From IMG/VR virus record IMGVR_UViG_3300032316_001438: 64,000 nucleotides of DNA. One strand, given 5' to 3'. Both the position numbers and the translations under genes were made by a program. How positions within the stretch are numbered: position 1 is the first letter of the stretch; every line of letters starts with the position of its first letter. Source of the stretch: an uncultured virus (IMG/VR IMGVR_UViG_3300032316_001438). Lineage: Duplodnaviria; Heunggongvirae; Uroviricota; Caudoviricetes. Below the pieces are notes generated by a model. The model was given only the letters and a program-made list of their open reading frames with translations. It did no database searches and was not told where the DNA came from. This document shows, piece by piece, positions 38,580 to 47,773 of this stretch.

Positions 38580-38759
38580 TTAAAAATCAGCGACATGGAC
38601 AACTTGCTCTGAGGCCAGTTCACACAAGTGAACGTGTACCATGTGAGCCTTGGACTTTGCAGGCATGAAAAACTCGATTGCCTTTTGCTTCGCTTGGTAT
38701 AGTGAGTCAGCGTAGATGTCTGTTTGCTTACCGTTGGAAAATCCTTTGTATCCGCTCAT
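38580..38759 (-). CDS. Small hypothetical protein (59 aa)
   Basis: MSGYKGFSNGKQTDIYADSLYQAK...HVADF; motif copy upstream. Confidence 0.7.
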   Translation of the reverse strand: MSGYKGFSNGKQTDIYADSLYQAKQKAIEFFMPAKSKAHMVHVHLCELASEQVVHVADF

Positions 38760-38833
38760 AACAATGTGTGATTTGAAGTCAACTATACATCAATCAGGAA
38801 ATGGACTCAACCCCGACCGTCCCCCGGTGCCAG

Positions 38834-38889
38834 CGGAATAAAGTTTCCTTCGTTCCGGAATAAAGTTTTAGCGTTCCGGAACAAAGTTT
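38834..38889. repeat. Three repeats CGGAAYAAAGTTT, 21-22 bp period
   Basis: Directly visible downstream of the C5 MTase. Confidence 0.85.
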
Positions 38890-38894
38890 TTGTT

Positions 38895-39779
38895 TTAGTT
38901 ATTGAAGTATCTCATTACCTGCTGGCCTATCCATTCTGCCATTGGTACCGGCACACCGTTTCCGATTTGCTTTATTGCTTCGTTATCACCACCTTCGAAT
39001 TGGTAAGAGTCTGGCACACCTTGAAGACGGGCATATTCCCTCAATGAATATGGTCTTATTGTATTTGGATGAGAGCGGTCAATTACCATTCTGGTGCCTT
39101 TGTCCTTACTGTAGTGCGCGACACAAGTTGGAGCTAGTTCATGTGGGTTGGAAGGGTCAGAAATAATTGGTTTGTCCCGATATCCACCATTGATACGCTT
39201 CATCACATAGGCAGGGATTTCTACATCGGGGTTGCTGTCAATGAGGTCTCTAAGTTTTGGTCTGCGAATCATCGGCACAGGTTCGCTGATTGAGAAGGGG
39301 CGCTTGGTAGCGAAGAGAATTAAGCGTTGTCTCTTCTGGGGTAGCCATACCGTTGCGTTAAGAGGGCAAAAAACAGAGATGCTGTATCCAGGCAATTTTG
39401 ACATCGCTTCCATGACCACTGGGAACGCTTTCATCCCGCAAACATTTTCTACACAATAAATTTCAGGCTGCTCAATTGCTATGTGACGGAAAAAATGCAA
39501 AAACAATTCATCACCTGTTCTGGTACCATGAATATCAGCGATGCGTGAATACTTTGTGCAAGGGTATGTTCCCATTACGAAGTCGGATGCAGTTTGCTTT
39601 GTTACCAGCATATCGCGGATGTCCTTCTCTACCACTTGGTGAGAAAAGTTCCTGCGTAGCGTGTCGCAGCTTGCACGATCGATCTCTAGTGATTGGATGA
39701 TGTTTACCCCTGCCATAGAGAGGCCAAGGTCAGAAAGTCCTCCACCAGAAAAATAAGATTTGCAAGTTGGGATATACAT
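38895..39779 (-). CDS. Orphan C5 cytosine DNA methyltransferase
   Basis: FSGGGL, GTYPC, VENV, PQKRQR, ARLQG, QIGNGV motifs. Confidence 0.95.
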   Translation of the reverse strand: MYIPTCKSYFSGGGLSDLGLSMAGVNIIQSLEIDRASCDTLRRNFSHQVVEKDIRDMLVTKQTASDFVMGTYPCTKYSRIADIHGTRTGDELFLHFFRHIAIEQPEIYCVENVCGMKAFPVVMEAMSKLPGYSISVFCPLNATVWLPQKRQRLILFATKRPFSISEPVPMIRRPKLRDLIDSNPDVEIPAYVMKRINGGYRDKPIISDPSNPHELAPTCVAHYSKDKGTRMVIDRSHPNTIRPYSLREYARLQGVPDSYQFEGGDNEAIKQIGNGVPVPMAEWIGQQVMRYFNN

Positions 39780-39840
39780 AGCGATTAAGGTTTGCTATGG
39801 GTACTCACCCCAAATAAAGCGGCCTAAACCCGACCGCCCG

Positions 39841-39922
39841 AGTTCGAAACTTTATTATTCGCAGTTCGAAACTTTATTTTTTTTAGTTCAGAACCTTATT
39901 ATTTCCAGTTCGAAACTTTATT
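39841..39922. repeat. Four repeats AGTTCGAAACTTTATT, exact 22-bp period
   Basis: Starts at 39841, 39863, 39885 (degenerate), 39907. Confidence 0.9.
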
Positions 39923-39933
39923 TTTCTAACTAG

Positions 39934-40164
39934 CTACTCAGACAACAACGTGTCTCCTTCCTGGTTGGTCGGGATTATCTCGATATCAAGCTTCTCAATA
40001 TTTGACCACTGGCACCGGAACCCCTCCACGACGCTGGTGCTGCACCCGCTCGGGCCAAAGGAGAGCACACCCTCCTCATTGACATACATGCCATGGAAAG
40101 AGTCTTGCAAGGATCGGGGTCGCTTAGACTCAAAAACAAAACCATCACTACTGAAATCACCCAT
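39934..40164 (-). CDS. Small acidic hypothetical protein
   Basis: 76-aa co-oriented ORF. Confidence 0.55.
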   Translation of the reverse strand: MGDFSSDGFVFESKRPRSLQDSFHGMYVNEEGVLSFGPSGCSTSVVEGFRCQWSNIEKLDIEIIPTNQEGDTLLSE

Positions 40165-40181
40165 AACTAAAAATAATAAAA

Positions 40182-40844
40182 CTAGAACTTGCCCCAGTTG
40201 TCCATCATGTAGGTGAACACACGACTAGGAATGAAAACATTTCTAGCATTTTGAAACGGAAACATCAGAGACGTAATATCGTGCAAAGAGTGCTGCTTTT
40301 GGCCGATGCATAGCTCGGAGAGCAAAAATCTATTCTCTTGGTGGAGGCTAGCATATTTAAACAAAATAGATATCTCTTTTTTGATAACCTGCAAAGGTAG
40401 AAGTCGATCTTTATCGTCGAAGACAGGCACTGCATAAAACTGGCCTCCAATCCCCTTGGATAGGGTGCGACTAGCGCCAAGCTGAACAGCCTTTCTTGCC
40501 GACGCAGTGCTGAGCATCCCGGCCAGTGAGGTACTGAAGACGTATACTTCAAAAGTCTTGAGCGTCTTAAGCTCGGACGGAGATGGGGCTACGCGAGGGC
40601 GCTCAATAGCGTGAGGGTATTCTACATCCATTTTGATAACAGGATTAGCCAGCTCTATGAACGTAGTTAGTAAGGGATGTTTATTGATTGCCTCTTGTGT
40701 TGTGAACTCCTCACCCATTATCTCGAAGCCCACAACGCCCCCAAGAGGGTCCACAGAAACGCTGTCAAGGGCGGGATACTCATCGAATAGATGAGCTAAA
40801 TAGCCATCTAATTTATCGCTATTCTTCTTAGTTTTGGTTGTCAT
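40182..40844 (-). CDS. Protein with degenerate macro-like (A1S_2505-type phage) domain
   Basis: EVYVFSTSLAG...ARKAVQLGA...GIGGQFYAVP...NVFIP resembles FVFGSNxAGxHGxGAA...GQSYAIP...NVxLP. Confidence 0.55.
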   Translation of the reverse strand: MTTKTKKNSDKLDGYLAHLFDEYPALDSVSVDPLGGVVGFEIMGEEFTTQEAINKHPLLTTFIELANPVIKMDVEYPHAIERPRVAPSPSELKTLKTFEVYVFSTSLAGMLSTASARKAVQLGASRTLSKGIGGQFYAVPVFDDKDRLLPLQVIKKEISILFKYASLHQENRFLLSELCIGQKQHSLHDITSLMFPFQNARNVFIPSRVFTYMMDNWGKF

Positions 40845-40901
40845 AAATAATGTGAATTGATTGTTGGAATAGTATTAATTAATTAATTAGAGATGAACAC
40901 T

Positions 40902-41213
40902 TCACTCAGTCAAGCCCAGCTCTTCCTCGCAAATCGTTTGCATCGCGGCCAGCCGAACTGCAGTCCTCAAAGCAACCTTATCATCTTTAGTATCCCAGTA
41001 TTTTATGTGCTTGTAGAGCTTGCTCCAGTGCTCGATATCGGATCGCATTTGCACAACATCTAAGTCCGTTAGATTAACAAACATATCCCATGCTTGCGCA
41101 TCAAATCGTTCGACATTAGCGGTAACAAAATCCTGAAAGGCGATTTTGGAATTCTCGTCTTGGTGTTGGCAATTGCCCAGCTGTACCATTTGCGTTTTTT
41201 CTTCCCATTCCAT
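40902..41213 (-). CDS. Hypothetical protein
   Basis: 103-aa co-oriented ORF. Confidence 0.7.
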   Translation of the reverse strand: MEWEEKTQMVQLGNCQHQDENSKIAFQDFVTANVERFDAQAWDMFVNLTDLDVVQMRSDIEHWSKLYKHIKYWDTKDDKVALRTAVRLAAMQTICEEELGLTE

Positions 41214-41215
41214 CG

Positions 41216-41845
41216 TTAACTAGTTTCTATTTCCATGAATTTTGATAATAAATTTAAACATTTTTTGCACGTTACCTCAGGCTCGGGAGCCAGACCAGAA
41301 TGAGGACTGTTTTTTGTACCAGACCAGTCTGCCCCAGATCTGGATTTAGATTGAGTGCAAAAGAAATCGCCAGCCCTTCTTTTCATTCGCCCGCCTTGAA
41401 AGTCCTGATCTAAAATCAGATGAATAACCGTATTCTGTTTGTATCCGTTGCCAGCGCTGTTAGCACTCAGTCCAGAAAGAACTTCCTTCATCCCAACGTG
41501 ATACTTTACGGGGAAATGTAGGCTATCGTGAAATGCCTTGGCTCTTTCAATAGCCGCTAATTTAGACTGCTCAGCATGCTCTTGTTCAGTCTTCCGCCTA
41601 ATATCCCTGAGCCGATTGAATTCAGTCACTTCGCTTTTGATTCTGGCTATACCCCAATTGTTCATTTTGAAAATAATCTCATTACCAGGCTCAATAGATT
41701 CATCAACAAACCTTAAAGTGTGTTGACCGATAGATATCTTTCCATTATCCATCACAACTGTATCAACTTCTCCAAGACTACACAGATCCCTTAATGCCTT
41801 AGGGTTAATAAACTCGCTATCAAATGCTAAACGATACTCCTTCAT
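41216..41845 (-). CDS. Hypothetical protein with possible C-terminal Zn site
   Basis: 209 aa; H...C...CKKC. Confidence 0.75.
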   Translation of the reverse strand: MKEYRLAFDSEFINPKALRDLCSLGEVDTVVMDNGKISIGQHTLRFVDESIEPGNEIIFKMNNWGIARIKSEVTEFNRLRDIRRKTEQEHAEQSKLAAIERAKAFHDSLHFPVKYHVGMKEVLSGLSANSAGNGYKQNTVIHLILDQDFQGGRMKRRAGDFFCTQSKSRSGADWSGTKNSPHSGLAPEPEVTCKKCLNLLSKFMEIETS

Positions 41846-41854
41846 GAATTGCTA

Positions 41855-42391
41855 CTACACAATAGACATTATAAAAACCAAATGTCCCCCCTTACCTTTA
41901 TACAGCTTAAGTGATGCTCCCAATAGGGAAGGGTCAGCTATTAGTTTTTTGCATGCACCCCAACTAATCTTAGTCATCGCATTATGCTGCGCCCACGCGG
42001 GTGTGTCAGTAAGTGTGTTGTGCGTAAGCACCAGAGACCACTCCCCAGAGTACTTCCCTTTTATGACAAGCGTGAAGCGTGCGTGAGCGCGTTCAAGGTG
42101 TCCCTTGCCGGGCAGCGTGTCGGCAGACCATTCGAGGCAGCGGAATATGACGTTTCGGAAATAAGTGCGCTGGTCAATGTTTTCTAGCTTTCCCTTTTTG
42201 AATAGCATCGAGCCAGTAACATTTGTGTTGTTCCCTGAGGGGATGTTTAAGTCTCTCTTAGTGAGCGGGCCACTCTCCCAGATTAGCTTTAGGTCTGTCT
42301 TTGTCTGTGTGTTTACAGCCTTAAGCTTCCTTGTGGGCATCATGGCTGGGAACAGATGAGATTGAGGCGATATGAGACTTACTGTTCGCAC
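41855..42391 (-). CDS. Hypothetical protein resembling the C-terminal domain of PLD-family restriction nucleases
   Basis: WESGPLTKRDLNIP...TGSMLFKKG...IDQRTYFR; resemblance recalled, not searched; no HKD motif. Confidence 0.5.
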   Translation of the reverse strand: MRTVSLISPQSHLFPAMMPTRKLKAVNTQTKTDLKLIWESGPLTKRDLNIPSGNNTNVTGSMLFKKGKLENIDQRTYFRNVIFRCLEWSADTLPGKGHLERAHARFTLVIKGKYSGEWSLVLTHNTLTDTPAWAQHNAMTKISWGACKKLIADPSLLGASLKLYKGKGGHLVFIMSIV

Positions 42392-42394
42392 GAA

Positions 42395-42754
42395 TTAAAA
42401 GGCTACTTTATTTTTTGCAATTCTGCTGTTTTGAACCCGTTCAAACACCTCTCGAAACTGGGTGTACCCGAATTCATCGTTGTACTCTTCCTTTAGGCGC
42501 TCACGGTATGACTTCTTGCCATAGTTGTCGAGCAGGTGGTTAGCGGCATCCTCCATTTTCTTGTTTGTCGCTTCTGTCTTGGGCTGCTTTGAGCAAAACT
42601 CATCGGCCTGGAATCGGATTTCGAACTGTGAAATTTCAAGGTGGTTATCATTAAAATCCACGTAGACAACGCCATTTTCTATAAACGCGTCTATCCCTTT
42701 TTCCTTTAGGTTTTCAACTGCTTTTTCAAGTAGGGTTAGTTTTTTCATAAACAA
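42395..42754 (-). CDS. Hypothetical protein
   Basis: 119-aa co-oriented ORF. Confidence 0.7.
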   Translation of the reverse strand: MFMKKLTLLEKAVENLKEKGIDAFIENGVVYVDFNDNHLEISQFEIRFQADEFCSKQPKTEATNKKMEDAANHLLDNYGKKSYRERLKEEYNDEFGYTQFREVFERVQNSRIAKNKVAF

Positions 42755-42765
42755 TGAGTTTAGAT

Positions 42766-43371
42766 TTAGAATAATGATAGCTGACTTTCAAATACTGGCT
42801 CAAGGCGTACAAGCTCCTCCTCGATCAAGGCCAACACTTGCCTCATGTAGGGAGTGTTGAAGTTGCTTGGGTCGCGGTGCTCCGCATCTCTCTCCAAATA
42901 CTCTTGCAATCTGTCTTTTAGATCGCTCACCCCCGCTTTGATGCAATCCTTTCTGGAATCGTATGCTTGGTCGTAGACGTTGTGGTTGTAGCCACCTCCA
43001 GCACCCGAACCAGCTGAATAGTGAACACCATAAGACCACTTGCCATTCAACCCCATGGCGATAGTGATATGGTTGTAGGAAGCCTTGTCTTTTGATGTTT
43101 TAAAGGCGATCTCTTCTTCGTTGATCCACTCTTCGTTCTGTAGCCATCCATACTCGGAGAATATCATTTTGGTGAACCCGAAGTTTAGTCCATGGCGGTA
43201 ATCGTTGACATTCATCACCCGATGGCGAACTGTCTCCCCAAAAGAAGCGAAGAACTGCAAACGCTCGATATCTTGATTGCGAAGGGCTGACAGGTACTCT
43301 TTTTGTATCTCATCATTCTCATTGCAATCTAGTATATCCGAGCAGAGACGTTTTATTTCAGATCGTGTCAT
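42766..43371 (-). CDS. Hypothetical protein with C-terminal QLSLF
   Basis: Start MTRSEI; motif copy upstream. Confidence 0.75.
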   Translation of the reverse strand: MTRSEIKRLCSDILDCNENDEIQKEYLSALRNQDIERLQFFASFGETVRHRVMNVNDYRHGLNFGFTKMIFSEYGWLQNEEWINEEEIAFKTSKDKASYNHITIAMGLNGKWSYGVHYSAGSGAGGGYNHNVYDQAYDSRKDCIKAGVSDLKDRLQEYLERDAEHRDPSNFNTPYMRQVLALIEEELVRLEPVFESQLSLF

Positions 43372-43663
43372 AATCAGTAGGGGTGAATTGAACATAACAG
43401 CGTCAACACGACATGAGAGCAAACCACCGACCGCACCCGGCAATTAAAAAAAGCCATAATTCTATTCCGAGATTGGAACGAGTATGAAGTTTTCTTCAAA
43501 AGTGCGAGCCAGTGGAGGTAGAGGTGCATGCAGAAATTTTTCAAATTCTCGAAATGGATATAGGCATCCGTTTGGAGCATCTGCGCATATTTGTCTAAGT
43601 GCTCGCGGCTTTTTCGATCATACTTGTCGAACATTATGCCACTGCTTCTGGAAGGCTTCCAGC

Positions 43664-43954
43664 TCACGGGTTGGTGGCTTTTTGCATAGCATCCCAGGCA
43701 GAACGGATCGCATCCTGAAAGTTCTTTTGGCCTTCCTGGGTGAAGGTATCTTTCGGAATAGATTCGCACAGATCCACCAGCGTTTCCAATGACTTAAATA
43801 GCGCCGGGGCGCTTGCCATGATGTTTGCGTTAGCGGCTTGCTCCTCATCATTTTTTTGAGGATACGTTATCGCCAGCGTGGAGCCGGTCTGTTCTGAGTA
43901 GACTTGACCGTCTTTAGAACGCCATTCTCCGGGGGTGTAGTTTGTGTCGAACAT
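43664..43954 (-). CDS. Phage-type TPGxW / ANAxxxAAAP protein
   Basis: YTPGEW...ANANIMASAPAL. Confidence 0.7.
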   Translation of the reverse strand: MFDTNYTPGEWRSKDGQVYSEQTGSTLAITYPQKNDEEQAANANIMASAPALFKSLETLVDLCESIPKDTFTQEGQKNFQDAIRSAWDAMQKATNP

Positions 43955-43966
43955 AAATTACGTGTT

Positions 43967-44140
43967 TTAAATTTTAGCAATGACCGCCTTGAATAGTTAT
44001 ATAAGCGCAGGGTTCGTGTCATAGACATGGGCATGGTCTACGGCTTCTTTCAAAACAGCGAGCATATCCGGGGCTGCAGCCATTAGGCGAGAGTTGTATT
44101 TAGATTCACTAAAAGGAGCATTATCTATTCCGTCTTTCAT
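43967..44140 (-). pseudogene. Truncated paralog of the ANAxxxAAAP family with in-frame stop
   Basis: MKDGID...NSRLMAAAPDML...PALI*LFKAVIAKI*. Confidence 0.5.
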
Positions 44141-44162
44141 TGAATCATGTTGTTAAAAGTAC

Positions 44163-44450
44163 CTACTCGCTCAAGGCGCTTTGAATTGCGGCTCTCGCAT
44201 CGATGATTGCTTCCCCGTCTTCATTAGGAAAATTGCGCTCGATGAAACCAAGTAGCTCTATGCAACTTTCAAGCAAGGCCGGGGAGGCGGCAACCAGCTT
44301 GGCGTTGGCTTTTAGTGTTTTTACAGGCCGCTTGTTATTTGCATCAGAGCTGAAAGAGCAATCAGCCAACTTCATTCCTGTTGAATCAATAACTAACGCT
44401 TTACAAGATTCGGCAATGAGCCAGGGGCCGGGGGTGTAGTTATGTTTCAT
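44163..44450 (-). CDS. Phage-type TPGPW / ANAxxxAAAP protein
   Basis: MKHNYTPGPW...ANAKLVAASPALL...ARAAIQSA. Confidence 0.7.
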   Translation of the reverse strand: MKHNYTPGPWLIAESCKALVIDSTGMKLADCSFSSDANNKRPVKTLKANAKLVAASPALLESCIELLGFIERNFPNEDGEAIIDARAAIQSALSE

Positions 44451-44629
44451 ATTTTGAATTATTAGAACTCTTTCTACTGCTTCACTGGGGCACATACCTT
44501 TTCGACAAAACACTTCCCATAAATATTTTAGTTAAGTACCTGTAGCTTTAATAATGGAAGGAGGACACTTTAAACCAAACCCGACCGTACCAGGCCCTGA
44601 AAAAATGCCATAATTATATTTCGCATTAG

Positions 44630-44869
44630 TTATTTTTCATTGGTTAGATGGCTAGACCTGATTTTGCGCAAGGCGTTGGTGTCGGAGAAATACCAATCTG
44701 TGCGATAGTAGACGATATCGTTTCCTGTCTGGCTAGTTATCCCTACCGAGGATATATCCTTGCCAATGGCTTTGAAAAATGCCGAATCATCAAAGTTGAT
44801 ATGAGAGAAGGCGCGGCCTTCGGACTCCCAACTGGCAACCATCGCAAAAATTATCTTTCCTTTCTCCAT
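44630..44869 (-). CDS. Small hypothetical protein
   Basis: Start MEKGKI. Confidence 0.6.
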   Translation of the reverse strand: MEKGKIIFAMVASWESEGRAFSHINFDDSAFFKAIGKDISSVGITSQTGNDIVYYRTDWYFSDTNALRKIRSSHLTNEK

Positions 44870-44912
44870 GAATGATTGTTGAAAATATGTGCGAACTGAA
44901 TGATACCTAAAA

Positions 44913-45179
44913 TCAAAATGGCTCTTGATGATCGTCCAATCCATCATCATCTTCTCCATCATCCTCATAATCGTGCTTAACCAAAACAACATCTTTGGGA
45001 TCTATTCTCATTCGCCCAGAGGTCAGATAATATCCCTGGTGCTTGAAGCGATCAGGAAAGGTTTTGATGATCTCATCGGCTTTTTCTTCGGACACCGGCT
45101 CATGGGGGACCGGGATACCATCTGTCTCATTAAACACAATGACTAATTTTTCTCTGGTAGGCTGTGCTTCTGTTATCAT
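44913..45179 (-). CDS. Hypothetical protein with acidic tail
   Basis: 88 aa ending EDDGEDDDGLDDHQEPF. Confidence 0.7.
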   Translation of the reverse strand: MITEAQPTREKLVIVFNETDGIPVPHEPVSEEKADEIIKTFPDRFKHQGYYLTSGRMRIDPKDVVLVKHDYEDDGEDDDGLDDHQEPF

Positions 45180-45208
45180 AAGAAATAGTTATAGTTGCGA
45201 TGTTATTT

Positions 45209-45391
45209 TCAGAAAACCTCCCAAAGAATCTCTACTCCATTATGCTCAACGATGCTCTGGCCTTTTTCGTAGTTTACCGTTTTACGAGCCACTTCAATGG
45301 TAAACCAGCTATCTAAACCAGTGCCAGCATTATGAAAGGTTCCGTCTTGGTTCCGGATGCGGTATCTAACTGCGCTTTTCATTTGTATCAT
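45209..45391 (-). CDS. Small hypothetical protein
   Basis: Start MIQMKS; motif copy upstream. Confidence 0.65.
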   Translation of the reverse strand: MIQMKSAVRYRIRNQDGTFHNAGTGLDSWFTIEVARKTVNYEKGQSIVEHNGVEILWEVF

Positions 45392-45453
45392 ATCGCTATT
45401 GATAAACAAGCGTTGAATACACCGAACCCGACCGTCCGGAACTAAATGAAAGA

Positions 45454-46398
45454 TCAAGCCATGCGCGATTGAATTTCAGAAAGGACATACTTTCGGGCAT
45501 ACTCAACCAAATCGAGTCGTATGTCCGAAAAGTTACTGAAGGACGTGGTGTCGTATGTTGCCAAGGGCAGCTTGTAATACTCGATCAGCTTTCGGGCAAA
45601 CAGATCCTTCTCATCCATGGTTGGATGAGACAATTCAAGCTGAGCGTCAAATCTTCGCAAAAAGGCTGTGTCTAGCACATCGCGCCTGTTGGTTGCGCCA
45701 ATGAAAATCACGTCATTCTTTAGCTTCTCAATATTGACCAGAACCGAGTTCACCATCCTTTCGTTCTCCACGCCTGCAGCACTGTCATTGCCTTTTCCTC
45801 TGGCTCGGCCAATGGTGTCCACTTCGTCCCAAAACAAAACACATGGAAATTTTATATGGTTGAATATGTTGTGGATGTTGGTGCCGGTGGTGCCTATGCG
45901 GCTGTCTATTACCTGGTCAGCATTGACTTCGATAAAAGGGAGCCCGGATAGACGAGCGATGTGTCTTGCTATTGTCGTTTTCCCATTGCCAGTAGGCCCA
46001 TGCAGGAGTATCTTATTTCTGACACCAAGGTTATGAAACATGAAAAGGTCAGCATTTTTCCACTCCACCAAAAGCTCATTGATGAAACCATCCACTATTG
46101 GGTTAAGGAACACATATTCATCACTCATTTCTTTATGAATGACAAGCTTCTTGATCTCACTTGAAAGCTCGGAGAGCTGAGCGAACTGTTTGGGTTTCTC
46201 GTTGAGCAAACGTCTTATTCTGAAATACATCTCACCGCTTGGAGAGAGCGAAGTCTGGTATTTCTGAACAGTTTTATAGAATGACTCTTTGTTGTCTGAG
46301 TTAACCGCGTTGACCAGTAATGCGATCGCTTCGTTCGCGGAAAGCTTTTTAACGTCCCCCACTTCGGGCTTTGTTTCTATTGGTTTGTTGTTTTCCAT
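45454..46398 (-). CDS. AAA+ ATPase
   Basis: LLHGPTGNGKT, VLFWDEVD, GATNR, AFLRRFD; start MENNKP. Confidence 0.92.
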   Translation of the reverse strand: MENNKPIETKPEVGDVKKLSANEAIALLVNAVNSDNKESFYKTVQKYQTSLSPSGEMYFRIRRLLNEKPKQFAQLSELSSEIKKLVIHKEMSDEYVFLNPIVDGFINELLVEWKNADLFMFHNLGVRNKILLHGPTGNGKTTIARHIARLSGLPFIEVNADQVIDSRIGTTGTNIHNIFNHIKFPCVLFWDEVDTIGRARGKGNDSAAGVENERMVNSVLVNIEKLKNDVIFIGATNRRDVLDTAFLRRFDAQLELSHPTMDEKDLFARKLIEYYKLPLATYDTTSFSNFSDIRLDLVEYARKYVLSEIQSRMA

Positions 46399-46555
46399 AG
46401 ATTCGTTCAATTTGATGTCTAACTCAAATAGCACTTCACTTCCGAGAACTTGGCCTTGTTGCCGATCAGGAACTTGCCATCTTTGTATACGTTATACACC
46501 TGATTGATGGTATCGAAGTAGACGCTGAACCCTTTTTTGCTGTTGACTAGGTGAC

Positions 46556-46999
46556 TCATAGATAAACTATTTGAGAGATTTCCGTTTGACTTAATGTTTT
46601 CCATCCTTGGGATCCCTTCCAGGGAAATGGCTTGATCGGCCTCACGTTGGTATATTGATGAACGAATATCTCGGGACGGTATAGCACGAAAGTAGAATCC
46701 TCATCACCTTTCCGCATAGGCCTTGATCCTACCAGCTCACCAACGGCAATAGCAAATCCATTCCTATCCAAGGAGTCTTGTTTTTGAATGGCCTGGCAAA
46801 GCTTAACAAACAATTCGTCACCTGAAATATTTCTGACCGAAGCTTCATCGTATGCAGCCTGAGAGCTGCATATCAAAACTAATCCACGGTATTTCGTGTC
46901 CCACACGCGTGTCTCCTGCTTCCCGGCAAGCATCGCCGTGGCAAATGGTTGCTTCCAGCTGAGCGCCCTCAGGGGCATGTTTCCGAAGAGGTCAATCAT
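46556..46999 (-). CDS. ASCH-domain protein
   Basis: ALSWKQPFA...GKQETRVWDTKYRG...KGSQGW. Confidence 0.85.
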   Translation of the reverse strand: MIDLFGNMPLRALSWKQPFATAMLAGKQETRVWDTKYRGLVLICSSQAAYDEASVRNISGDELFVKLCQAIQKQDSLDRNGFAIAVGELVGSRPMRKGDEDSTFVLYRPEIFVHQYTNVRPIKPFPWKGSQGWKTLSQTEISQIVYL

Positions 47000-47000
47000 G

Positions 47001-47216
47001 CTATGCGAGCGTTGTGATAACAGAGAACTTTACTTTGTCTCGGGATAAAATCTCTGTGAAGTATCCCAAGGAGACGAACTGGATGTAGCAAATACCCTTC
47101 AAGACTTTCACCGTTCTAGCACTCTTGAAATTAGCAATAGCGGAATCGAGAAGGGGAGAGTATTGACAGAAATAAAGCTTCTTGTTGGATTTAATTCGGC
47201 CTATGATTTTTACCAT
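47001..47216 (-). CDS. Small hypothetical protein
   Basis: 71 aa, tiles with neighbours. Confidence 0.5.
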   Translation of the reverse strand: MVKIIGRIKSNKKLYFCQYSPLLDSAIANFKSARTVKVLKGICYIQFVSLGYFTEILSRDKVKFSVITTLA

Positions 47217-47410
47217 ACCTTCAAATTTGGAGTTGTCAATCGAGCACTATTCATAGCGCTTACTTTTGCCGTCAGCTCTGGAACACGCGCCTTGTCTGGG
47301 TGAGTTGCCGGTAGCTGTTCAATCCGGGCAATCTCTTCCCTTGTATCATCTTCGATTTCGCGGCATTTATCAAGTAAGGATCCCATAGAATTGTTCTTTA
47401 GTGTTATCAT
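47210..47410 (-). CDS. Small hypothetical protein
   Basis: 66 aa; motif copy upstream. Confidence 0.6.
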   Translation of the reverse strand: MITLKNNSMGSLLDKCREIEDDTREEIARIEQLPATHPDKARVPELTAKVSAMNSARLTTPNLKVW

Positions 47411-47458
47411 AGAAGTAGAGGATTATAGTTACCCAACCCCGACCGTGCAAACCGTATT

Positions 47459-47773
47459 TTAAACGACTGAGCAAAAATTAGTTGCGTTGGCAACAATATT
47501 CAGCCCTTCTGCTGTGATGAAGTATCCATAGTGGGTTTTACTGTAAGATCGATTGCTTACAAGTCCCTTCTTTTGGAGCTTCGCCAAATAACTACCTCCA
47601 CACAGCCAAGCGGCCTTACCTCTTGTGGCTCCATTACCCTGATTTTTTGACGTAGTGTGCATGTTTGATTTTGGCCACATCTTTAGCGCGAATTCGCGCG
47701 CAGCCATTGGCTTATCAAATCCGGTGTGTTGCAAAAATATCAAAGCCTTTTTCTGATTTTCAGTTATTGTCAT
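47459..47773 (-). CDS. Possible winged-helix protein
   Basis: LAKLQKKGLV...YFITAEG pattern. Confidence 0.6.
   Translation of the reverse strand: MTITENQKKALIFLQHTGFDKPMAAREFALKMWPKSNMHTTSKNQGNGATRGKAAWLCGGSYLAKLQKKGLVSNRSYSKTHYGYFITAEGLNIVANATNFCSVV

Noticed and set aside
38895..39779. Complete restriction-modification system
   Set aside because: No cognate nuclease next to either methyltransferase
39841..39922. Mini CRISPR array
   Set aside because: The 22-bp period leaves only 6-nt spacers and there are no cas genes
38828..39940. Tn7/IS21-like transposon ends around the C5 MTase
   Set aside because: Symmetric terminal TG/CA and target duplication could not be identified; no transposase present
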